DNA from: Planctomycetota bacterium
GTDB taxonomy: Bacteria > Planctomycetota > UBA1135 > UBA2386
Direction: 5' to 3'
Assembly (NCBI GenBank): GCA_965223545.1
Contig: OZ245006.1
Location: 5,888,001 to 5,952,000, forward strand
DNA length: 64,000 nt
The notes below the pieces were generated by a model, which saw only the letters and a list, made by a program, of their open reading frames with translations, searched no databases and had not been told where the DNA came from. This document shows positions 52,891-61,972 of the stretch, piece after piece; the stretch's first letter is position 1; each line of letters opens with the position of its first letter. The position numbers were made by a program, and so were the translations under genes.

Positions 52891-53153
52891 CCCGCCAAAC
52901 CCGCGGTTGACAGATCCGCTCAACAACCCAGAAGAGTCGACCGGCCCCCGTCGCGCGCCATTGATTGGTTCAAGTCCGACGCGGTGGCTCATCGATCACC
53001 AAGGTGGTCGCGAGTCCGGGCCGTGCACGATCGGATCCGTGGCAGCGGCGGCAGGAGGCCGCCCCGACCCCGGCCGAGCGCTTTTGGTCAGCCGCTTCCC
53101 GAGCCGGGCGCTCAGACGCGCCGGCCACTTGGCATCACGTAGAAGAGTATAGA

Positions 53154-54365
<1,212 letters not shown>

Positions 54366-54379
54366 CTCAGGCGCCGGCT

Positions 54380-55003
54380 TCAGGGCGCGTCGCGCATCAG
54401 CTGCAGCTCGGCGGCCAACGCCGCGCGCGCCCGTGCCAGCAGCACGCGGCAGGCGCCGGCGGATCGGCCCATGAGCCGCGCGGTGCGCGCGTGCGTCTGC
54501 TCGGGGTCCATGTGCAGGGCGAGGATCTGCGCGTAGTCGTGCGGCAGCCTGCGGATCGCGGCATCGATGCGCGCGACTTCTTCGTTCGCCGACATCTCGG
54601 CGCTGGGCGTGTGGCCCGGCCCTGGCATCAAGTCGATGGGGCGCGACGACTCGCGCAGCTTGGCGCGCCGCTCGGCGAAGACGTAGCGCCGCGCGTCGCG
54701 CAGGGTGCGGTCGACGATCCGCCGCAGCCAGGCTTGCAGCTCGGCCTCGGTCTCGCCGCGGAATGCGCGGATCGAGCGCAGCACGCGCGCGTACGCCGAC
54801 TGCAGCAGGTCCGCGGTCGGCAGTTGGCAGCGCATGCCGGGGCCGATGGCGGCCTCGGCCTGGCGCTCGAGCTGGGGACGGGCCCGCTGCAACAGCGCGT
54901 CGAGCGCGTGCCGGTCCCCCGCCTTCGCCCGCTGGATGCAGAGGCGCACCAGCTCTGGATTCGTGGCGGCGGAGAGGCGGTCGCGCATCGAGGAGATTGT
55001 CAT
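54380..55003 (-). CDS. ECF-type sigma-70 factor
   Basis: IQRAKAGDRHALDALL, TADLLQ, FRGETEAELQAWLRRI, TPSAEMSANEE, AIRRLPHDYAQIL, ARLMGRSAGACRVLLARA; alternative start at 54988. Confidence 0.88.
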   Translation of the reverse strand: MTISSMRDRLSAATNPELVRLCIQRAKAGDRHALDALLQRARPQLERQAEAAIGPGMRCQLPTADLLQSAYARVLRSIRAFRGETEAELQAWLRRIVDRTLRDARRYVFAERRAKLRESSRPIDLMPGPGHTPSAEMSANEEVARIDAAIRRLPHDYAQILALHMDPEQTHARTARLMGRSAGACRVLLARARAALAAELQLMRDAP

Positions 55004-55170
55004 CGTTGTTCGGGGAGGGCGCGATCCCCGCGCCCGCGTTGGTACGTAGAAGCGTAAATCGACGGGGCTCCGTCGTCCTCCAGGTCGTCGTGTGCGGCCG
55101 CGCGTTACGGCGGGTTGTCGAGCCGGACGCCGGACGTCGGGTCCGGCCGTTCCATGGCTACATTGGCGCC

Positions 55171-56988
55171 GTGCAGCGATTCCTCCGCCGCATGACCGTG
55201 CTCTTGTTCTGCTCCGGTCTCGCCCTGTCGGCTGCGGCGGTGGTCGGGCTCGGCGAGGCGGCGCGGTCGGCGGTGGCGGCGGCAGAGGCGAGGACCGGGG
55301 CGCTGGCCCGCGATCTCGCCGACCGCGTCCGCGACGGCGTGGCCGAGCGCCGGCTGCTCGACGAGGTCGCCGCCGAGCATCGTTTCGCGGCCGCGGACGG
55401 TGTGCTCCGGGTTCCGGCCGAAGTGGGTTGGCTGCGAACGCCGCCGACCGACGCCCCGTGGCCCTGGCACACGGTGCTGGCCGAGGCCCGGCGCGCGGCC
55501 CTGGACGGCGACCCGGCCGCGGCCCGCCGGCGGATCGAGCGGGCGCTGTCCGCCGAAGAGCCGCAGCCGGCACTGCTGCCGGCCGCCGCATGGTATGCGC
55601 ACCGCGCGGACGATCGCGAAGCCGCCGCCGCGCACCTCGCGCTGGCGCGTGCCGACTGCGCCGCGCTGACGCCGGGGGGCCTGGCCTCGGTGGTGCTGCT
55701 CGCGGCGCGTCTGTCGGGTGAACTGGTTCCCGAGGCGGTCCGCTGGTGGGGGCGCGTGCCAGAAGAGCTGGCTTCAGGGGTCGTGGCGGAGCTCGATCGC
55801 GCAGGGGTCGACGCCGGCGGCTTGGCCGACGTCACCCGGCGGGTCGAGCGGTTGCGCGCCACGCTGGTCGCCGCCGACGGCGCGCGGGCGCGGTGGCAGG
55901 CGGCGGTGGCGCCGTTGGTCGCCCCGGTCGAAGCCGGCGTGCTCGTGTTCCACCCCGAGGCGGGCGGGCCGGGAGTCGGGGACGGCGCCGTGCTGTCCGC
56001 CGAGCAGCTGATCGCGGCCCTGGCGGCGCGCGGCGTGGTGGCGTCGGGCGCCGGCGCGCTCGTCGGTGTGGGCGCGGGCGGGGCGCCGGGCCCGGGTGAC
56101 GTCGTCGCCGTCGACGGCGTGCTGGCAGTGCGGCCGCCGGCGTCGCCGCCGCTGTCGTTGTGGCAGCGCCCCGCCGTGGTCTACGCGGTGCTCGGCCTGC
56201 TGGCGGCCTGCTTCTGCTGCGGCTTGTTCTGGACTTTGCGGGCGCTGCGGCGCGAGCGCGACGCAGTCGGCGCGCGCGCCGAGTTCCTGACGTCGGTCAC
56301 CCACGAGCTGCGCACTCCGTTGGCCTCCCTGCGGTTGCTGGCCGAGATGCTGCACGATGGGCGCGCGGATGCGGCGCAGCGCGCGGAGTACACCGCGCTG
56401 CTCGCCGGCGAGACCGCCCGCCTCGGCGCGCTGATCGACAACGTGCTCGACTTGCGCCGGATCGAGCGCGGCGAGCGGCGCTACGACCGGCGCCGGTTGC
56501 CCCTGGCGCAGCTGGTGCGCGACAGCGTCGCCCTGCACGCGCCGGTTGCCGAGCGCGGCGGCGTGCGGCTGGCGGTCGAGGTCGAGCCCGCGGCCCGGCG
56601 GGTCGAAGTCGAGGCCGATGCCGGGGCACTCCGTCAGCTCTTGCTCGGTCTCTTCGACAACGCCGTCAAGTACGCCGCGGCCGGCGGGCGCGTCGCGGTG
56701 CGCGTCGTGTCGACGGGCGGCACGGTCGAGGTGGCGGTGCGCGACTTCGGCGCGGGCGTCGTGCCCGCACAGCGGGAGGCGCTCTTTGCTCGCTTCGCGC
56801 GCGGCGCCGCGCACGCCGAGAGCAACGTGCCGGGCGTGGGGCTGGGGTTGTATCTGGGGCGCGCGATCGCCCGCGCGCACGGCGGCGACTTGGTCTGCGC
56901 GGCGCCGATCGACGGCGGCGCCGGGGCGGTGTTCGTGCTCACCCTGCCGATCGCGGGCGCGGCCGGGGACACCGCTGCACTAAGCTGA
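55171..56988 (+). CDS. Membrane sensor histidine kinase
   Basis: Two TM segments around a helical sensor region; H-box FLTSVTHELRTPL, N-box DNAVKY, DFGAGV, GVGLGLY, AHGG; start GTG 55171 or ATG 55192. Confidence 0.93.
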   Translation: MQRFLRRMTVLLFCSGLALSAAAVVGLGEAARSAVAAAEARTGALARDLADRVRDGVAERRLLDEVAAEHRFAAADGVLRVPAEVGWLRTPPTDAPWPWHTVLAEARRAALDGDPAAARRRIERALSAEEPQPALLPAAAWYAHRADDREAAAAHLALARADCAALTPGGLASVVLLAARLSGELVPEAVRWWGRVPEELASGVVAELDRAGVDAGGLADVTRRVERLRATLVAADGARARWQAAVAPLVAPVEAGVLVFHPEAGGPGVGDGAVLSAEQLIAALAARGVVASGAGALVGVGAGGAPGPGDVVAVDGVLAVRPPASPPLSLWQRPAVVYAVLGLLAACFCCGLFWTLRALRRERDAVGARAEFLTSVTHELRTPLASLRLLAEMLHDGRADAAQRAEYTALLAGETARLGALIDNVLDLRRIERGERRYDRRRLPLAQLVRDSVALHAPVAERGGVRLAVEVEPAARRVEVEADAGALRQLLLGLFDNAVKYAAAGGRVAVRVVSTGGTVEVAVRDFGAGVVPAQREALFARFARGAAHAESNVPGVGLGLYLGRAIARAHGGDLVCAAPIDGGAGAVFVLTLPIAGAAGDTAALS

Positions 56989-56994
56989 AGGTCG

Positions 56995-57717
56995 ATGGCT
57001 GGCTCAGCGCACGGCAAGCGCGTGCTGCTCGTCGAGGACGACGGCACTTTGCGCAAGGTGCTCGGTGACGCGCTCACCGGCGAGGGCTACGCGGTGACCG
57101 CCGCGGCGGACGGCGATGCCGCCCACGAGCTGCTGTTCGAGCGCCACTTCGACGTCGTCGTGCTCGACGTGATGTTGCCGGGGCGCGGCGGGCTCGAGCT
57201 GCTGCGGGCGTTCCGCGGCGCCGGCCAGGGCGCGCCGGTTCTGCTGTTGACCGCGCGCGGTGACGAGCACGACGTGGTGTTGGGCTTCGAGCTCGGCGCC
57301 GACGACTACGTGACCAAACCGTTCGGGCTGCGCGAACTGCTGGCGCGCGTCGGTGCGCTGGCCCGGCGCGGCGGCGGCGCGGGCGCTGGGCCCGTGCGGT
57401 TCACCGTCGGCGCGGCGACGGTCGACCTCGAGGCGTTCGAAGTCGACGCCGGCGGCCAGCGCCACGCGCTGAGTCCGAAGGAAGCGGCCATGCTGGCGCT
57501 GCTCTACGAGCACCGCGGCCGGGTCGTGCGGCGCGCGCAGTTTCTCGACGCGGTCTGGGGCAGCGAGCAGTTCGTCGGGCCGCGCACGGTCGACACCCAC
57601 GTGCTCAATCTGCGCGCCAAGCTCGAGCCCGAGCCCAAGCAGCCGCGGTTCTTGCGCACCGTGCACGGCGCGGGCTACCGGCTGGATCCCGACGGGGAGG
57701 CCGGTGGTGCGGACTGA
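56995..57717 (+). CDS. OmpR/PhoB-family DNA-binding response regulator
   Basis: LLVEDD, LDVMLPG, LTAR, GADDYVTKPF, winged helix RTVDTHVLNLRAKLE...TVHGAGY. Confidence 0.96.
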   Translation: MAGSAHGKRVLLVEDDGTLRKVLGDALTGEGYAVTAAADGDAAHELLFERHFDVVVLDVMLPGRGGLELLRAFRGAGQGAPVLLLTARGDEHDVVLGFELGADDYVTKPFGLRELLARVGALARRGGGAGAGPVRFTVGAATVDLEAFEVDAGGQRHALSPKEAAMLALLYEHRGRVVRRAQFLDAVWGSEQFVGPRTVDTHVLNLRAKLEPEPKQPRFLRTVHGAGYRLDPDGEAGGAD

Positions 57718-57725
57718 TCGCGCGC

Positions 57726-57743
57726 CTTGACAAGAACTTGACA
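57726..57743. promoter_or_regulatory. Direct repeat CTTGACA-N4-CTTGACA (11-bp period), candidate OmpR/PhoB-family binding site
   Basis: Copies at 57726-57732 and 57737-57743, between the regulator and the next gene. Confidence 0.6.
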
Positions 57744-57826
57744 CCGGTCTGATCGACGCCCCACGGGCTGGCTGTCGGCGCGCCCTCCAATGTGCCGAAC
57801 CCGAACTGATGAGCGTGGAGGACGCG

Positions 57827-60511
57827 ATGACGAGCACGTTTGGCATGGCATTGACGAGCAAGACGACGAAGGTTGCGGCGGGGCTCCCGCTGCTGTGGAT
57901 CGCGGCGGCGGGGGCGGCGCAGGGCGGCACCGGCGCGCCGCGCCTCGAGCGGGCGGTGGCGTTGGAGCGCGCCGCGCACGATCCCGCGGCTGCGCTGCGC
58001 GAGTACCGCGCGGTGATCGATGCGGCGCGGTCGGCCCCGGTCCGCGCCCGGGCCGCGTTGCGTGCCGGTGAGCTGCTCCGCGGACTCGGCCGGCACGACG
58101 AGGCCGCGCCTCTACTGGAGTTGGCGGCCGTTGCAGACGGCGCGGTCGGCCAGCGCGCGGCGCAGCTGTTGGCGCAGGACCCGGTGCGCGACGACGAGTT
58201 GGCGCAGCGCATTGCCGAGGCGATCGATCACATCGGCCAGCGCAATGCGATCGATGATCTGGTTTGGATCGGCGAGCCGGCGGTGTCGGCCCTGCGCGCC
58301 GAGTGGTCGGAAGAGCCGGTCACCGGTTTGGCGGCAGCACTGCTGGGCATCGGTGGCGATGCGGTGCAGGAGTGGGTCGGTGCCGTCATCGACAGTGACG
58401 ACGAGGGGCAGCAGCTCGCGCTGTTGAGCGCCGTGCCAACCTCGGCGCCCGGGCGCGCGGTCCTGCTCTCTCTGCTGCCGCTGTGCTCGGTGAAGTCGCA
58501 AGAGGCCCGCCGCCACGCGCTCCACTACTTGGGAAGTGCGGTGCCCTGGGGGACGCTGGTCGAACTGCTCGGCGATCCTGCGACCGTGGTCCGCGAGAAG
58601 GCCTTCGCCGAGGTATTGCAGCGCGTGGACAAACCGGGACGCTCGCGGCCGCCGAGCAACGCCGAGATGGAAGCCTTGCTGGCACGAGTCGCCGAGGCCC
58701 TGCCCCGGGTCGGCCGCACGCTCGGCGGTCGCATGGCGCGGTTTGTCCAGTCGGCCGACGCGTTGCGCTATCCCGGTGGGCGCTCGTTGTTCCTGCAGCA
58801 GCTGACCCGACCCGGCTTCGAGATTGATCAACGACGCTTGAGGTTGCCGTCGACCCTGCCGTCGGACGCGCACGTGGAAGAGGTTGCCGCTGCAGTGCGC
58901 CGGCTGGGCCCGATCGCAATGAGCGAGATCGGCAACCCGATCCCCACCGAGGCACAGCGGTCGTTGCAGAGATTCGTCGCTGCGATTGTGCACAACTGGA
59001 CGGAGGCCGCGATTCCATTGATGCTCGACGCGATCCGCGCCGGCTACGACCTCGGCTACGGTGGTGTCGCGTACCGCGCAGCCGGAGTCGCGTCCGCGCC
59101 GGACGACATCGTCGCGCTGTTCGAAGCGTGCGCGGTCCACAATCAGTCTCTCGGAGCGGAGGCGATCCGCATTCTGGCCGCGCGGTCACTGCCGGTGCAG
59201 CTGCGGGCACACTTGTTGGCGCTGTTTCGTCAGGCGGCGCCGTTGGACGCCGGCGGTGACCAGGCCCGCGCCCTCGTGGCGGCGATCGCCGCCACCGGCG
59301 CCGGCGCGACGCAGACCCTGGAGCAGCTGGCGGCGGAGATGCCCGGCTACCAGCACGTGGTTGCCGAGGCCTGCACGGAGGGCACCCACCCGAGCCTTCG
59401 CGCTGCCTGGCCTGCCCTGCTGTCGATGCCGGTCGAGGGCGAGGCTGCTGCCGGGTTTCGGGGCGCGTTGTTCGACCGCGCGCTGTCGAGCGAGGACCTG
59501 CCGATCGACGCGATGGTCGAGGCACACGCGCTCGGCTTGGGCGATGCCCGCGGGCTCGGCGGCTTGAGCATGTTGTCCGAAGCGCAGTTGACCGCGGCCT
59601 GGCCGGTCGCCGTCGGGTGTCTGCGGTCGGGGTCGGAGCAGGCCTGGGCGGTCGTGCTGGGGCTGGCGCCGAGTGCGTGGACGAGCGCCACGGTCGAGTC
59701 GGTCATGTCGCTGTGGGACGCGAAACCCGAGGGCCTGAAGCCCTCGACGCGAACCTGGCCCAAGGATGCGATCTCGATCGCGAGCGACGAAGCCATCGTG
59801 GCCCGCTTCGCGCGGTCGCTGCTGGGAGACCCGAGTGTCGCCGAGAAGGCGATCGCGGCACTGGCATGGCGCCGGCCGATCGCGGTGCCGGTCGCGGCGG
59901 TGTTGCGCGAGGCGTTGGCCCATGCCGACGCGGGTGTGGTCGTGCACGCCGCCAGGGGTCTCGGTCGCAGCGGTGACCCGGCGCATCTCGAGGCCTTGCG
60001 TGGACTGCGCGGGTTCGAGGATCGCAAGGTCCAGCTCGAGGCGTTGAAGGCGCGGGAGCAGTTGGGGGACGACTCCGAGCAGCTGGTGCGCGACGCCGCC
60101 GCGGGCGCCGATCCCGAAGTGCGCGCCTTCGCCGCGGCGCTCGCCGCCCGCGCCCTGTCGCGCGCGCACGTGCCGGTGATGCTGCAGTTGCTGCGCGACG
60201 AGGCCGAGTCGGTGCGCACCGCGGCCGCGGCGACGCTGGCGTCGCTCGAGTTCTACGAGCAGCAGAGCGCGCGCTGGGAGCGGCTGCAGGCCGGGGTGGC
60301 GGTCGACGCGGTCGACGCCGCGTCCGCGCTGATGAAGCGCGCCGCGGAGGGCCCGGTGCCGATGCGCGTTCTGGCGATCGAGTCGCTCGGCACCCTGGGC
60401 GTGCCGGAGACCCTGCCGTTCTTGCTCGAGCTGGCGGCGGGCGCGGATCAGACCATCGCCGCGGCGGCGGTCGCGGCGGCCCGGCAGATCAACGCGCGCG
60501 ACCGGCGCTGA
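57827..60511 (+). CDS. Exported TPR/HEAT-repeat protein
   Basis: GGAGG 5 nt before the ATG at 57827; signal peptide AAGAA-Q; N-terminal TPR-like hairpin; HEAT repeats (LLGDPATVVREKA, ADPEVRAFAA, LRDEAESVRTAAAATL). Confidence 0.85.
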   Translation: MTSTFGMALTSKTTKVAAGLPLLWIAAAGAAQGGTGAPRLERAVALERAAHDPAAALREYRAVIDAARSAPVRARAALRAGELLRGLGRHDEAAPLLELAAVADGAVGQRAAQLLAQDPVRDDELAQRIAEAIDHIGQRNAIDDLVWIGEPAVSALRAEWSEEPVTGLAAALLGIGGDAVQEWVGAVIDSDDEGQQLALLSAVPTSAPGRAVLLSLLPLCSVKSQEARRHALHYLGSAVPWGTLVELLGDPATVVREKAFAEVLQRVDKPGRSRPPSNAEMEALLARVAEALPRVGRTLGGRMARFVQSADALRYPGGRSLFLQQLTRPGFEIDQRRLRLPSTLPSDAHVEEVAAAVRRLGPIAMSEIGNPIPTEAQRSLQRFVAAIVHNWTEAAIPLMLDAIRAGYDLGYGGVAYRAAGVASAPDDIVALFEACAVHNQSLGAEAIRILAARSLPVQLRAHLLALFRQAAPLDAGGDQARALVAAIAATGAGATQTLEQLAAEMPGYQHVVAEACTEGTHPSLRAAWPALLSMPVEGEAAAGFRGALFDRALSSEDLPIDAMVEAHALGLGDARGLGGLSMLSEAQLTAAWPVAVGCLRSGSEQAWAVVLGLAPSAWTSATVESVMSLWDAKPEGLKPSTRTWPKDAISIASDEAIVARFARSLLGDPSVAEKAIAALAWRRPIAVPVAAVLREALAHADAGVVVHAARGLGRSGDPAHLEALRGLRGFEDRKVQLEALKAREQLGDDSEQLVRDAAAGADPEVRAFAAALAARALSRAHVPVMLQLLRDEAESVRTAAAATLASLEFYEQQSARWERLQAGVAVDAVDAASALMKRAAEGPVPMRVLAIESLGTLGVPETLPFLLELAAGADQTIAAAAVAAARQINARDRR

Positions 60512-60655
60512 CGCGCGCGGCCACGGGCCGACCCCATGGCCGGCCGGTGGCATGTCCCATTGACGAGGGGAAACCGGGGCTTGCCGTGCACCGCAATGAC
60601 CGTACTGTCGAAGGATCCTGGCCTGCCCGGTGTAGTACCCTTTCTCAGGCACCCC

Positions 60656-61972
60656 ATGCTGACATCCCAACTATCCCGCGGCAGCTCCGTGGGGATCGCT
60701 CTCGCGGCTTCTCTGGCTCTCGTGACCCCGGCCGCAGTCGGCGCGCAGCAGATCGTGCGCTGCGCCACGCCGTTTGCCCCGGACGGGACGGGCGAGGACG
60801 GCCCCGCGGATTGCTCCTTCAATCAGACGAACCCGCTGGCGCAGTACGCCCCGACCTACGAGATGAAGATCCCCGTGGTCTTCCACGTGATCTCCAACAC
60901 CTCGGGGCGCGGCAACATCTCCGACGCGCGGGTGCGGGCGCAGATCGACATCCTCAACGAGGACTACGGTGCGCTCCCCGGCACTCCCGGCGCGGCGGGA
61001 TTCGACACCGGCGTGCGGTTCGAGCTGGCGACCGTCGACCCGCAGGGCAACCCGACCAATGGCATCACGCGATCGGTGAACAACAACTGGTTCTCCGACA
61101 GCGGCGCCTACTGGAACACCTTGGCCTGGGACACGTCCCGCTATCTGAACATCTACTCCAACAACGGTGGGGGCGCGTTCGTGCTCGGCTACGTGCCCGG
61201 TCTGCCGCAGGACCCGTTCAACTCCCCCGTCGGCACGAAGGCCGACCGTGTCGTGGTCTCGTGGGACACTGTCGGGCGCAATGCTCCGGCGTTTCCGTAC
61301 AACCAGGGACGTACCACGAGCCATGAGGTCGGGCACTACCTCGGCCTGTTCCACACCTTCCACAACGGGTGTGACCGCGGCAGCTGCTACAGCTCCGGCG
61401 ACCGCATCTGCGACACCAACCCCGAGCGCAGCTCGGCGACCGGCTGCCCGACCTCGCGGGTCACTTGCTCGACGCCCGATCCGGTGCGCAACTACATGGA
61501 CTACAGCGACGACCGGTGCATGAACAACTTCACGTCGGAGCAGGCCCGTCGCATCCGCTGCACGCTGGAGTTCTATCGTCCCAACGTGTATTCGCGCAGC
61601 GGCACCGCCGCCAGCGTGGCCTTGCGCAACGCCGGCAGCAACCCGTTGAGCTACACGATGGGCAAGCCGCTGATCGGCACCACGATCAACGGCACGGTGC
61701 TGCCGCTGGTCACGGGTCACAGCTCGGCCACGGTGTTCGCCTACGCCGGCTCCGCCAACCTGCCGTTCAGCGGCTACGTGCTCCTGGTCGACATCACCAC
61801 GCCGGGTCTGACCCTGCCGCCCGCGCCCGGGCCGATCGCCGCGTTCTCGCTGCCCCTGCCCAACATCTCGGGGTTGGCCGGCCTCCAGCTGTTCACGCAG
61901 GGCGTCCACTTCGGTGGGGCGGCCGGCTTCGCCCTCACCAACTCGCAGGACCTGACGCTCGGTAGCTTCTGA
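60656..61972 (+). CDS. Exported M43 (pappalysin/ulilysin-like) zinc metalloprotease with the shared C-terminal domain
   Basis: Prodomain RCAT (Cys-switch-like), IPVVFHVI, QIDILNEDY, YLNIY, HEVGHYLGLFHTF, Met-turn NYMDYSDD; signal peptide AVGA-Q. Confidence 0.94.
   Translation: MLTSQLSRGSSVGIALAASLALVTPAAVGAQQIVRCATPFAPDGTGEDGPADCSFNQTNPLAQYAPTYEMKIPVVFHVISNTSGRGNISDARVRAQIDILNEDYGALPGTPGAAGFDTGVRFELATVDPQGNPTNGITRSVNNNWFSDSGAYWNTLAWDTSRYLNIYSNNGGGAFVLGYVPGLPQDPFNSPVGTKADRVVVSWDTVGRNAPAFPYNQGRTTSHEVGHYLGLFHTFHNGCDRGSCYSSGDRICDTNPERSSATGCPTSRVTCSTPDPVRNYMDYSDDRCMNNFTSEQARRIRCTLEFYRPNVYSRSGTAASVALRNAGSNPLSYTMGKPLIGTTINGTVLPLVTGHSSATVFAYAGSANLPFSGYVLLVDITTPGLTLPPAPGPIAAFSLPLPNISGLAGLQLFTQGVHFGGAAGFALTNSQDLTLGSF

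Noticed and set aside
52910..52995. Possible tRNA because of GGTTCAAGTCC
   Set aside because: I could not build an acceptor stem, D arm or anticodon arm, and there is no CCA; kept only as part of a possible leader RNA.
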